From Squalus acanthias (taxonomy: Eukaryota), in the NCBI GenBank assembly GCA_030390025.1, contig CM059432.1, positions 30,320,001 through 30,384,000 of the forward strand: DNA of 64,000 bases, read 5' to 3'. Numbering within the stretch: position 1 is the first letter of the stretch; every line of letters starts with the position of its first letter. The notes under the pieces are model-generated. The model ran no database searches, was not told the DNA's origin, and saw only the letters and a program-made list of their open reading frames with translations. Below, one piece after another: positions 37,619 through 50,572 of this stretch. The position numbers and the translations under genes were made by a program.

Positions 37619-38974
37619 GTACTGCATTACTAAGGGAATGCTGTATTGTCAGAGGTGAAGTCCTTCAGATATGACATTAAACTGAGGCACGATCTGTTTG
37701 CTCAGGTGAACGTAAAAGGTCTCATTAGAAGAGCAGTGAATTCTCCCAATGTTCTGTTCAGCATCCCTCCCTCAACCAATAGACTCAATGATAGATTATC
37801 TGGTTATTCATCCCATTTGCTGTTTGTGGGACCCTACTTTGTACAAATTGGATGTTGCGTAACAACATAACAACAGTGACTGCAATTCAAAAGTAATCCA
37901 TCACCTGTAAGTCATGACAAGCTGTTTCACCTTCTCCATAACAGTAGAACCAGAGGTCACGGCCTGCACTTGATCTGCGGAAACGAGTGAGCACATGGTA
38001 AATCTACGGAACAGGCTCCTTCGGGAAATGGTGTAAGCAGATTGTGTTGACTTCCTCAAATGCAAATTAGATACATTTCTTTCAGAAAATAATATTTTGA
38101 GATATATATCATATGAGCAATTTGAGGCATGACATATGGTAAGTGCAGCATGCTTGGGAGGGACAGGTGACATTGAAATCTATGGCTCCCAAAGCTTTCC
38201 ACCACTGGGATTTTCCTCGCCTCCTGTCTGGGTCAGTTGTGGACTAATTGTTGGAGATTGAGTGCTATGATTAGTCAACAACTCCATTATTGTTGTACCA
38301 TGCGACTACCAGGGTGGTAAAAGGCAAGCGAGATGGACCTTGAACTTTTTTGTCTAGCAATTCCTATGTTTCGAAATCCTGAGGACATGATAAGGTGCTA
38401 TATACATTCAGGTTCTTTCTCTTTGTGATAGACACATCTATCAGATTTAGTATATTCTCCTCCATGTTTTGACCAGCGAGAGTCCAGCTCGAATAGGGAG
38501 AGTATAGAGAGTGTATGAGCTCGGAACACATGCAGGATATGATGGTACATTGAACAGCAACACAGTATATCTGAAAAATTTCCAACAGCCACTCTCCTCT
38601 TCAATTCTACAATACTAACTGTAGAATCCTAAATATTGTTTTAAGTTGTTCAACTCTGTCCTTCTCTCATGAAGGGAAAATTCTAAAAGTTAAAATATTT
38701 TTAAGAAAATGAACAAAAGTATTCCAAGCAAAATATGATTGGAAGTTAATTTTTGACAATGTCTTCTTGGCTTATGTTTATTTAATTTACTAGCTCTCTG
38801 CTACAGTAGCAGTGCTGGGGTCATGGGAACGTCACCTGTGGAATGCAATGTTAGATTGACATGCTGGAGGTTAGCTCTAATTCCTTTGGGGCATCAGGAA
38901 GAAACTAATAAGGATTTATCTTCTTCTGCAAATACCCAACCCCCTCATGAGATTGGGGAAACTCCGTGACAATA

Positions 38975-39405
38975 CAAGAAAGACTTGCATTTATATAGCG
39001 CCTTTCACAACCTCAGACATCCAAAAGTGCTTTACAGCCAATGAAGTGCTCTTGAAGTGCAGTCACTGTGGCAACATAAGGAAACGTGGCAGACAATTTG
39101 TGCACAGCAAGGTCCCATAAGAGCAATGAGATAATGGCCAGATAATCTATTTTAATGATGTTGGTTGAGCGATAAATATTGGTTAGGGCACTGAGGAGAA
39201 CTTCACGGGATCTTTTAATTTTATCTAAGAGGGCAGACAGGACCTCGGCTTAACGTCTCATTCAAAAGACGGCACCTCTGACAGTGTAGCACTCCCTCAG
39301 TACTGCACTGAAGTGTCAGCCTGGATTATGTGCTCTATTGTGGTCTTGAACCCACAGCCTTCTGACCCAGAGGCAAGAGTGCTACCACTGAGCCACAGCA
39401 GACAC
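38975..39405 (-). mobile_element. Deu-domain tRNA SINE
   Basis: Tail, Deu core and tRNA-like head all present. Confidence 0.85.
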
Positions 39406-39864
39406 CAAGGGAAGCAGTATCAAGAAGGTCTCCAGGCCGAAAGTTCCATGGGAAGGCTGGAAGATTAAGACAACGTACTCCTCTCCCACCCCCGCCCCCC
39501 CCTTAGATCCTACAGTCTGAGGGAAGTCCAGGCACAAGGCTTAACACCAACTCTTTGGGTGTCCCTGTGTCTGGGCAACCTTCCGATGAACTTTCAGGTA
39601 TATGAGGTAGGAGGACTGGAAAGTTACCTCCTGCTTTATTTAATTGATCAAGCTTTGCCTCTTCCTACTCTCCATAGCACCCCATCCCCCGCCGCCCCCC
39701 TCCATCCCATGAAAAGCACTGGAAATCCTAGGGCAATTTAAAGAGGCTGAAAAATGGCGTAAAATGTTTCCGCTCCTATTTCATGTGCTTTGCGCATGAG
39801 GCAAATGATTCCTTGTGCGTAAACTACAGAAAATTTGGTCCCACCATCTTAACGCAATATGACA

Positions 39865-40200
39865 GGAAGATTTCTTCCTGTCGCTGTGTATTATCAACAC
39901 TGTAAACAAAGCAGGAAGTTGTGTGTTATCAGCACTGTAAACAGAGTGGGAAGATTTCCTCCAATCACTGTGTACTATCGACTCTATAAACACAGTGGGA
40001 AGACTTCCCCTGGTCGCTGCATCTTGGAGACACTGTAAATGCAGCGAGAAGATTTTCTCCCTCTGCTGCATCTTAGAGACACTATAAATATAGCAGGAAC
40101 ATTTTCACCCACCACTGCGTCTTGGAGACACTGTAAATGCAGCTGGAAGATTTTCTCCCTTCACTATCTTAGACACCGTAAATGCAGTACCAAGATTCCC
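39865..40200 (+). repeat. Minisatellite, about seven degenerate ~49-bp units
   Basis: Recurring GGAAGATTT...CACTGTAAA period. Confidence 0.8.
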
Positions 40201-41404
40201 AAGGCAACCGTTTCCTTTGGGGCGTCAGGGAGAAACACTGCTTCTATTAAAATAGTATGGGGGGGGGGGGGGCGCGAAATGTCATTGGAACATGTGATTT
40301 GTTTGATGCTCGCATCGCCTTCAGTAATTTCCAGGCTATAACGACGACAGGACTTCTTCCTGCCATATGTATGATGTTCTAATGGATGGAACTCTTCCCC
40401 TCATCCCCTCCCCCTCCTTGCCATGTCTCATTTTTATCACAGCGTTGTCAAGCTTAAGAGGATGCTTAATGTCATGATGTATTTCACAGTAACACATTTC
40501 CAAGCAAACAAAGAACAATTTGGAGAGCTCTTCTTAAAAAAAATCAAGATGTGGCCAATTTAAAATGGGCTCTTCAATTTATCTTACCTCTTTGACAATT
40601 CAATTCACAGCCTTTGGTGTACAGAGCTATTTGGAAGCAATAAATTGCCATACGTTCCATTAGTTCTGTCATGTTTTTGCTGCTACTGTATTGCCGAGAT
40701 TCGGTTTGAAAATTAATAATTGGAACCCTACCACCTCAGTGTGTTGTACCTCTACACTTTAAGCACATCTAGAATGTCAAAGGAAACACAATTTTCTATG
40801 TATTACGAAGAGCAAAGTGACAATGAATCCCGATTTATTAAAAAGAATCGACTGCTTGCACAAGCTCCCTGTTGCTTTCCTGTTACTGATTCCTTGTCAT
40901 TACTTCCTCAGTGTGTGAAACTGATTGCTTCTGTACCAGGCACATCGGGGTTTTTTTTGTGCGTTCTTGCTTGACAACAGCTAGGGCTTTGTTTGACTAC
41001 GTGCATTCATTCTGCTCAGCATCAGAAAATTAGACCTATTTGCAATTACATGTGTGGGCGCTTTCTGCCTCTGCTATCATCAACCACTGTGTTAGTGTCA
41101 CAAAGGCTGTGCTGCTGCAATTTGTGGTGATGTGGGGCACAGCAGCCAGCAGTTTTTCTCTCCGCCGCCCCCCCCCCCCCTTTTCTCAACATTGATTAGA
41201 GTGTGGAGTTGCTAAGGCTGGAGAGTGCAACATTTTACCATTTCCCCTTTGTTGATAATTCTCGGTGCTAACGGTTGGTATTGTCTAAATGCTGATAAAT
41301 CTATTTTCATGGCTACTGGTTCCCACTGATAGAACACTGTCATGGTCCAGACGACACCTTTTATGGTGCTTGTAACTCAGGTTGCATTTATCGCCATTCT
41401 GTAG

Positions 41405-41955
41405 GGAAAGAAAGAACTTGCATTTATATAGCGCCTTTCACAACCTCAGGACGTCGCTGTTGTAATTTAGGGAAATGCGGCAGTCAATTTGTGCACAGCA
41501 AGGTCTCACAAACAGCAATGAGATATATAACCAGATAATCTGCGTTGGTTGAGGGATACATTTTGGTCAGGCCTTCCCTGCATCAAAATAGTGCCATGGG
41601 ATCTTTTACATCCACCTGAGAGGGTAGATGGGGCCACAGTTTAACATCTCATCTGAAAGGTGCACCTCCAACAGTGCAGCACTAGAGGGTCAGCCTAGAT
41701 TAAGGGCTGGATTTTGTCTTGGGGTCGGGTTGGGGTCATGTCATCCGCATTTCGTGTTCCCCCCCCCCCCCCCCGACTCCAGATTAATGATGCAATTTTC
41801 ACTTAATTGGGCAATTGAGTTCCAGCATGTGGGAACCCATGAACTAATTAGTGGTTTCAGTCTGAAAGTCGCCTCTGATGATGTCATCATTGCTGACTGC
41901 CTGGCCTCAGAGACTGCCTGGCTTTTGATGTGAGTGGACCTGAATGCAAAATGTG

Positions 41956-41986
<31 letters not shown>

Positions 41987-42540
41987 AGAGAAGAGAAGAG
42001 AAGAGAGAGAGAGAGAGAGAATTTTTTGCATCCAAGTCCTCTCACAGCAAAGGCCACGCAGTCTCTGAAGACATTCAATGCAGCAGCATCAGAGGCAACT
42101 TTCTTCTTCATCACATCTCCGTTGTAATAGTGGACCTGCAGCTGATAGTCAGCTATCCACTTGTGCTCCTGCCAGGTTTCACTGGAGTGTTTCACATTAG
42201 GCGTGCTTCACGTCAGAAAAGGGTTAAACTAGCTAAAACATTTCAAAATGGCATTACAGAGCCAATTTAGGGCTTGTTAAGGGCTTTAATGGCCTCTCCC
42301 GCCTCTTGGAGGCGGGACGGAGTCGGGAACCCCGCGACTGATTTTGTCAAAATTGCGTGGAGGCGGGATGGAGTCAGGATGGGGTCGGGACCCCCGACCC
42401 TGCAAATTTAACCCCCCACACGCCTCCAAACCCAACTCCATGGGTCATTCAAAATCCAGCCCTTAGTCTCTGGAGGGGACTTGTACCCACAACCTTTTGA
42501 CCTTGAGGCAAGTGAGCTACCACTGAGCCATGGTTGATAC
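41405..42540 (-). mobile_element. Deu-domain SINE interrupted by a Harbinger MITE
   Basis: SINE runs to GTCAGCCTAGAT (41700) and resumes AGTCTCTGGAGGGGACTTG (42465). Confidence 0.8.
41704..42462 (-). mobile_element. Non-autonomous deletion derivative of Harbinger family A/B/C
   Basis: Perfect TIR GGGCTGGATTTTG / CAAAATCCAGCCC. Left arm matches the reverse complement of 54700-54885, right arm matches 7851-8164; (AG)n interior. Confidence 0.9.
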
Positions 42541-42886
42541 CTGCAGGTCACATCTCTCTCTGGCTGGCACAATAAATCAACTCAGCCCTGTGAAACACAG
42601 GAAGCTGAAAATCCAGGTCTCACCATAAACAGGTGTTTATCTTTCCACTTTTCTCCTCTTATCTCCTGAAGGTGGTGACTAGTGCTGGAGTGCAATGAGA
42701 CCCTCTGGCAACTTCACTTGTAAGGGGCACGGGCTGTGAGGGGCTTCTCAACCGGACTGCTCCTTGCCGTGCTTGATAGCGATACATGTGCACTTTCTGA
42801 CACTATTCGGTGATCAGGAGTGGGAATCCTGTGTGATTTTTTATTCTCCTTTGCACCCTGAAACCAACTAATCTGTCCTCTACACG

Positions 42887-43189
42887 AAAGCAAAATACCG
42901 CAGATGCTGGAAATCAGAAATAAAAACAGAAAATGCTGGAAATACTCAGCAGGTCAGGCAGCATCTGTGGAGAGAGAAACAGAGTTAACGTTTCAGGTCG
43001 ATGACCTGTCATCAGAACTGGAAGAAGTTAGAGATGTAACAGTTATTAAGCAAGTACAGAGGCAGGGAAGTCAGGGGGGTGTGGAAAGGGGAGGAAAGAA
43101 CAGAAGGGAAGGTCTGTGATAGGGTGGAAAGCAGGAGTGATTAAATATTAAAAGGGATGATGGTGCAGGGCAAAAGGGGGGGGTAATGG
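42887..43189 (-). mobile_element. Penelope pseudo-LTR fragment (last few bases resume at 45962)
   Basis: CAGATGCTGGAAATC...CAGCAGGTCAGGCAGCATCTG terminus and a hammerhead motif. Confidence 0.78.
42983..43019 (-). ncRNA. Minimal type I hammerhead ribozyme motif
   Basis: Minus strand AGUU-CUGAUGA-C-AGGUC-AUC-GACCU-GAAA-CG-UU-AACU; palindromic AACGUU stem III. Confidence 0.82.
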
Positions 43190-45957
43190 TGTGAAGGAAT
43201 AAGCCATATAACCTATTCAGAAAAATACACCATTCTATGAAAGAATTCTGGCCTTATTAAAACATGACAAACTGGGTTTGGAAATCTGGAAGCCTCAACA
43301 ATCTAAAGCTGTGATAGAATTCTCCTATAGAGATAAGATAGTTGTTGACACTGAATCAATAACCTTATTGAAACAGAAGGTTAAAGGCTCCCGACAGTTT
43401 GAACCTTTTGGAACAAAACAAAGGTTCACCCTGTATAAGGTGTTCTAATTTACACTTCGTAAAGAGGCACAAACAGAAGGCCTTCGTAAAAATGACATCA
43501 AATAAATAGCACCTGCTGTTACACCGTTTTTTATGGTAAGCTTAGAATACCTAGAGGAGAGACTGTAAGGGTTTCTGACCGTCTCTCAGCCTGTGAGATT
43601 CGCGTGGCTCTGTGCAACCTGTATGTCAGTGCGGGTTTAGGCCTTGTTGCCTGTTCTGGTCTCCAGCCAGTCTGGGAGCACTAGACACACCTGTGAGTGG
43701 TTCGAATCACTCGCCCTTATGGTTCTAGACACTGGACTTAGATGCGAGAGCAGTAATGGAGATGAAACTCAGGTAGATTCGGTTGAATGGTACGAAATGG
43801 AAAATCTTTATTGCATAATACTTAAGATTACGAAATACATGTCATAAGCACAGATTAATGACAGTACAATCTTACACGCAGTTATGTAACTAAATTCAGG
43901 GAAACGAGGAACGAACGACACATCGTAAATGGGGGCACACATTACAATTATCCTTAATACTTGAAACCCTCCCCTATCAATATCTGTCCTAGCTAGATTC
44001 GTAGGATTCGAGACTCATGCTCACCACTCGTGATAACTCGGAGAAATTCCGAATAGCTGATCGGATGTTTTTCACCGCAGCACCCACGTGTCGATCAGGG
44101 GGTCTCCTGGCCCCACTTGTTTACTTGTTTCTGCTCCGGCTAGCAGGCTGGAACGTCTGCTGTCATGAAGATCTGTGTTGGTGGCTTTCAGAGTCCGGAC
44201 AATACTCAAAAAAAAAGAATCTTCCTGTGTCAGTTCTGTAAAGTTCGAAGAAGTCTTCCTGGCAAGGAAAATGTCAATTTGACCTACAGGCGCGGTCGGG
44301 GCTTACTGACCGTGGCGATAAGTATGGTCTTCTTCTCTTCTCATCTCATCTCATCTCATCTCATCTCATCTCATCTCGGGCCTTTGGTTCCGATACCGTT
44401 TACCGACTTATCGGAATGGTGCGCCCGCTTCAAGGCTTCAGAGCCCAGCTCTACACAGGTCTTCGCGACACGACACGAGGTAGATCCGAACGGATCATAA
44501 AGTTCAACAGTCTTTTGAAAAGAGACACGAGGCAAGCAGGAACAAGACGGCGAGTCAAGAGCACAGGAGCAGCCACGAGGATAAGAGAAAGATGGACGGT
44601 TTGGAGCTTGTAATTATAGTACAAAATCTTCCGTTTCCCGCCCAACCTCAATGTCTTTTCCTTTGTTAGGGCCCGGCGCTCAAATGTCTTGCATAAGGTG
44701 ATCTCCGTTTTTAAAGGGTTTCGGGGCTACTCGTAAATGTCTGAGTACCTGTTAATATTTCTCCCATTGTTTAATCGGTCGGTGTTCCCCCTGGAGGGGT
44801 TTTGGGGCTTCCAAGTGTTTTCTGTAACTACCCGCTAACGGCTCTCTCATCGTAGAGTCGTTGGGATTTTACATATTAATGTCTTTGGATGGGCTCTTGA
44901 TTACTTGGTACAATAGCTTTTATTCGTACCTGGGAGACCGATTTCAGTATTTATGTGTATACTGTAAACCCATGATGTCTCGTGTATTATCTTCAATGTG
45001 CTGAATCTTAATCGATCTTGCACAAATGTTTATTGGAACGCCATCTTGTCTGCCTGTCGAAAAGTCTAGAATGTTCCGCCACGAGGTGCGGTGGCCATTT
45101 TACAAGCTGCTTGTGTCCACTTTGAAACCTGACAGCATTCTGCTGAAATAAAAGCTGTTTGAACGAAACTCTGTGTTTTTCTCCTTATTAATAAAATCGT
45201 GATATATTGCGAATTCTACAAGACACGAGTCTGTATTGCTACCAGCTGAGGTGACGAAGAATTGCAGAAGTCAGCAGAAAAATGACTAGAGGTAATTAGC
45301 TTACATCATCAGAAAACCTTAAAGGGAATACTACTGGAAAAGGGTATAAATATTGAACTCTCAAATAGGATAATAGATTCGCTGTAAAGGGGCAAAATGA
45401 TTCTCAGGCTTCAGAGGCAGGCTCTGCAAGTCTACAACTCTTTGTACCTCGGGGATCAACGGTACTGTATTTGATTTTGGTGGATATCCTGAATAAACTA
45501 AGAACTGTAAAACTGTAGCGAAGTTAAGATTTGAGAGTAAGGATCTCTGATAATAGAATTGTAAGCTTTCTGTTTTTGGAACTGTTAATGTTATGATTGA
45601 CTCACCAACTGTAAAATACATGTCGGTTCTTTAATAAATCTATATATTTTTAGAATTGTCTCACATAATACTTCTGTATCAAACTCGCGAACTCAATCTC
45701 TGTACACTCTTTGGTGAGGAGTTGCAGAATTCTGGGGGAGTTTTCCGGACCTTCATAATATCATTACAGTCTAGCTAAACTTATTAAAAGTGCTATCTGG
45801 AGGTTGTTCCCTTCCTTTAGGGAGAGATGGTCCTTTAGACCCAATTAAGCGTCTTTAGGATTCGGCTACCTCAAACTTTAGTTGAAAGTGAACGTCTGGG
45901 GAATACGCCTGATCTGGGGTAGCCCTAAAGGAGCTAGGACTAGTAATTATCCCTTCA
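43190..45957 (+). mobile_element. Solo LTR (~1.1 kb net) containing a second solo LTR
   Basis: TGTGAAGG...CCCTTCA termini; ATGG TSD (43186-43189, 45958-45961); TATAAA near 45345 and AATAAA near 45633. Confidence 0.83.
43564..45220 (-). mobile_element. Nested solo LTR (1657 bp)
   Basis: TGTAAG...CTACA termini; AGAC TSD (43560-43563, 45221-45224); CpG-rich; (TCATC)n at 44340-44376. Strand inferred from a minus-strand AATAAA near 43808. Confidence 0.85.
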
Positions 45958-46449
45958 ATGGGACAAGTAACGACCTGCTCTCTATCTTTGCTCCAACTGA
46001 AATTATTAACTCAGCAGAGGCCAGGGATGGAAGATCGCACTGCATTACACCATGCACTTACCTGCTGAGCTGTCGGAGGATATCTGCAAAGGGTTCTGGT
46101 AGTGAGCAGCATGTTGCATCAAAGACTGGTAGAACTGGGTTTATCCACATGAATGTGCCTATGTTTAGTCCTTCAACTTTGCTAGGTTATTGAAGGGAAG
46201 CACTGAATGAAAATGAGACATGTCGCTATGGATACAGAGCAAATCAAAATCACAGACCACGCACCAATCACCTATTGGTGGGTACATTCTACAAGCAAAT
46301 GGCTTATATATTGCAGTGAAGCACAAGTTGCACATACTGGATAGGCCTTCAAGTAAAATTATTGTTGTCAATGGTTTATGAGCTGCAGTTCATAGGCCAC
46401 AAAAATCTGCATGTCAGTCAGGCTTATGTATCAGATTTCTAGATAAATG

Positions 46450-48430
46450 AACAACAACAACAACAACTTGTATTTATATCGCGCCTTTAACATAGTAAAA
46501 CGTCCCAAGGCGCTTCACAGGAGTTTTAAAAGACAAAAAATTGACACTGAGCCACATAAGGAGAAATTAGGGCAGATGACCAAAAGCTTGGTCAAAGAGG
46601 TAGGTTTTAAGAAGCATCTTAAAGGAGGAAAGAGAGGTAGAGAGGTGGAGAGGTTTAGGCAGGGAATTCCAGAGCTTAGGGCCTAGGCAACAGAAGGCAC
46701 GGCCACCAATGGTTGAGCGATTATAATCAGGGATGCTCAAGAGGGCAGAATTAGAGGAGCGCAGATATCTTGGGGGGTTGTGGGGCTGAAGGAGATTCCA
46801 GAGATAGGGAGGGGCGAGACCATGGAGGAATTTGAAAACAAGGATGAGAATTTTGAAATCGAGGCGTTGTTTAACCGAGAGGCAATGTAGGTCAGCACAG
46901 GGGTGATGAGTGAACGAGACTTGGTGCGAGTTAGGACACGGGCAGCCGAGTTTTGGATGATCTCAAGTTTACGTAGGGTAGAACGTGGGAGGCCAGCCAG
47001 GAGCGCGTTGGAATAGTCAAGTCGAGAGTCAATATTTAATTGGAGAAAATTTCTGCTCATCCAGAACTGGATGTCAGACAACTAGTCTGACAATTTAGAG
47101 ACCGTGGCGGGGTCGAGAGAAGGGGTGGTGAGGTAAAGCTGGGTGTCATCAGCATACATGTGGAAACTGAGACTGTGTTTTCGGATGATGTCGCCAAGGG
47201 GCAGTATGTAGATGAGAAAAGGGAGGGGACCAAGGATAGATCCTTGGGGGACACCAGAGGTAACAATGCGGGCGTGGGAAGAGAAGCCATTGCAGGTGAT
47301 TCTCTGGCTACAATTAGATAGATAAGAATGGAACCAGGCGAGTGCAGTCCCACCCAGCTGGACGACGGTGGAGAGGCGTTGGAGAAGGATGGAGTAGTCA
47401 ACCGTGTCAAAGGCTGCAGACAAACCAAGAAGGACAAGGAGTGATAGCTTACCTTTGTCACAGTCAAAAGGATGTCATTTGTGACTTTGAGAGCTGTTTC
47501 AGTACTGTGGCAGTAGCGGAAACCCGATTGGAGGGATTCAAACATGGAGTTCCGGGAAAGATGAGCACGGATTTGGGAGGCGACAACACGTTCAAGGACT
47601 TTGGAGAGGAAAGGGAGGCTGGAGATGGGCTGGTATTTTGCAAGGATGGAGGGATCAAGGGTTAGTTTTTTGAGGTGAGAGGTGATGACGGCAGTTTTGA
47701 GGGAGAGGGGGACAGTACCTGAGGAGAGAGAACTGGTATCAATGTCAGCTAACATGGGAGCCAGAAAAGGTAGTTGGGTGGTCAGCAGTTTGGTGGGAAT
47801 AGGGTCGAGGGAGCAGGAAGTGGGTCTCAGGGACAAGATGAGCGTGGAGAGGTCATGAGGAGAGATCGGAGAGAAACTGGAGAAAGATGTGAGTTCAGGG
47901 CTAGGGCAGGGGGGGAACCTTAGAGGAAGTTTGGCCCAGTGGGCTAGGGGAAGGAAGGGAAGTGGCAGAGGCAGCTGAACAGATGGTCTCAATCTTAGAG
48001 ACAAAGAAGTCCATGAGCTCCTCACACTTGTTGTCAGAGGTGAGGGTGGAGGAGACAGGGGAGAGGGGTTTAAGAAGTTGGTTAGCAGTGGAGAATAGGA
48101 GCCGGGGTTTATCTTTGCATTCCGGAATGATTCTGGAATAGTGAGCAATTTTGGCAGACGGGAGTAGGACCCGATAATGCTTTATGTGGTCCAGCCAGAT
48201 CTGGTGGTGAATGGCTAAACCAGTTGTCCGCCATATCCGTTCAAGTCTGCATCCCTAGGACTTAAGGGAGCGAAGATGAGGGCCGTACCAGGGCAAACGG
48301 CCAGGGTGAGAGAGAGAGTAATTATTTTAATGGGGACTAAGGCATCAAAGGTGGTGGTGAGGGTGTGGTTGAGCAGATCGGTAGCTGCAGAAATGTCGCG
48401 GTGAATGGAGGGCCAAAGGCTGGACAAAGT
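46450..48430 (-). mobile_element. L2 LINE, ~2 kb 3' part with RT pseudogene
   Basis: TSCSLDPIP, LQSGFR..HSTETAL, SAAFDTVD, PQGSILGP and YADDTQLY motifs; (AAC)n tail; internal deletion near 47030. Confidence 0.92.
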
Positions 48431-48604
48431 TAAATGAAGCATATCTATTTCACATGTTGGGAAAACCAAAGTGATAAGCGATGAAATCAATTGTGGTTTC
48501 TTGCCTCTAGGAGTAATTCCATGATTCCATGCTCCAGTGGAAAGCTGCCCACTGAACGCTATTCCCAGTCATGATCTCATTGAGTGAAGTTCAAGGGGAA
48601 ATCA

Positions 48605-49560
48605 CAGATCATCATAGTTACGGATGAAGAAGGCCATTCAGCCTCTCTAAATTCATCCATCTGGAGTCTCTGCCTTGCAGCATCCAATTGATTCTTAAAT
48701 AATTCCAGAGATTTTGCCTCCATTACTTAATCTGAAGTCTATTCTATACACTGACCATTCTGTGTGTGAATAATGAATCCTAAATTTACCCTATACTACT
48801 CAGAAATTATGTCATCTTGTCTCTCACAATTTAATTTAAAGTATTATGCCAGATTTACCTTTTCCATTCCCTTAACTATCTTATATACACCTATAAGATC
48901 ACCCCTCAGGCGCCTTCTTACTTGGTTGAAAAGCTCAAGTTTCTCCAGTGTTTATGTAGAACTCATACCAGCTGGATTGTTCTCTTCACAGCGGTATCAT
49001 GGCGGGGTGGGGCTTCTGTTCGACGCAACCCCGACTCGTTTTTCCTGAGGCCTATAAAGATAAATGGAAGATTGGATTGCATGGGGAGGGGGCCTCTACT
49101 TGGTCCTCTCCCTCCATTTAGAAAAATCAGGACCATTACTGCTGCTTCCTCAAGTCTGCTGCCACCTTTCTCCAGGCGGCCCAGGGGCACGGTGTTAAGA
49201 CAGACGGATGGCAGGAAAATCCGCACTTACATACAGCGCGTGGGGGAGGGGAGGCCAGAAGTGGTCCCAACGAGGGTGGCTGAGGGACGATAATTTAGCT
49301 TGGCGCTGTAACCCAGCAGCAGGCCCTTACTGCCCAATTTTGCCCCTTTCCCTCCGAGTTCAGGTGGTATTGCAGAGGAAAATCCAGCCCTAGCCATCAG
49401 TATTGTGGCTCTTCTCATCTGATGGTCTCCTTTGTGTCTCGGTGACCAGAACGGGTCACAGTACTCAAGGTGCAGTCTGACCAGAGTACAGAACAGTTTG
49501 ATCGCCACTTCTTCAGACTTATATCGTACTCTTTTGGCTACGTAATTCAACTCTATCGGC
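48605..49560 (-). mobile_element. Old CR1 3' fragment with a Harbinger-type MITE inserted (~48970-49390)
   Basis: LVRLHLEYC..FWSP motif; insert bounded by GCTGGATTGTTCTC / GAGGAAAATCCAGCCC. Confidence 0.7.
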
Positions 49561-49841
49561 TTTGGTGATTTCTACTCTGGATTGGTTGGGGTTAGAATTA
49601 CTCAGGTTAATTTACAAACTTAGGTAGTGAAATGTTATTGATCTCTGAGGCTGACAAGATGGATCAAATTGGTCTTCTGCAGTGCTTTGTTTGCAAAGGT
49701 TTTCTCTGGTATTTTGAGTCAAACCTTCAGTGTGTTCTAGAAGAACATGATTCTGATTTTGCTATAAACAAAAAGAATCTACACAAACACAATCACAATG
49801 TCACTACACAGGGCAACCCGAGTGAGGTCTACTCATACATT

Positions 49842-50572
49842 GGGGTAAAAATTGGGTAGCGCCCCCTCTACCTTCGCCGGGGTGCTAATTTTAGCGCCCT
49901 GAAAAATTTAGCGCCCCCGCGGCCGATTTTCCCAGGTAGCGCCCCGAGAGGGAGGAGGGGCGTTACTGGAAGTGCCCCGCATCCCTCTTGTGGCGCTGTG
50001 AGCCAATATCGCAGCGCTATGTGCCGCGGTACTGCAGGCCATCCTCCCCTTATTAAAGGGGAGGGGCCTGGCGCAGCACGTCCCGGCACCCAGCTGGGCC
50101 ACCAGGGATCAGGAGTGCCGGCAAACAAGCCCAGCACTCAAGAGGAGTGCCGGGCTCATGGAGAGCAGCCGGCACCCCCCGGGGGGGCTTCACGGTGGCC
50201 GAGGACAGCAACGGGGGCAGGTGCTGGCAGGCGGCCAGCAACAAAAATGGCCGCCAGCCACCTCCCCTTTAACTAGCGCCGCCCCAGCCGCAGGTAGGCC
50301 CCCCTGACCCCAGCGAGCATAGCGTCTGGCAGTAAGTCGGGGGACGCCACCCAATGTTACAGCCGGGGCGCGAGTGGGGTGCTGCCCACGGCGATGATGT
50401 CATTGCCGGCGCGCAGCACCGCGTGGCGCTAATGTTAGCGCCACTGCTAACCTCCCGCTGAATTTCGCGGGAGGCGTTAGCAGCGCTGTGCCCAGGCGCT
50501 AGTTGATTTGCGCCCTGTTAGCGGCCTTTTAGGGCACTAACGGGAGGCGCAAATCAACTGAATTAAGCCCTC
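49842..50572. mobile_element. Harbinger-type MITE (family of 10062-10742)
   Basis: Starts GGGGTAAAAATTGG; colinear with 10062-10742; probable ATT TSD. Confidence 0.85.

Noticed and set aside
38364..38604. Possible minus-strand host exon after a TTTTTCAG acceptor
   Set aside because: No frame gives a recognisable protein and the donor is weak.
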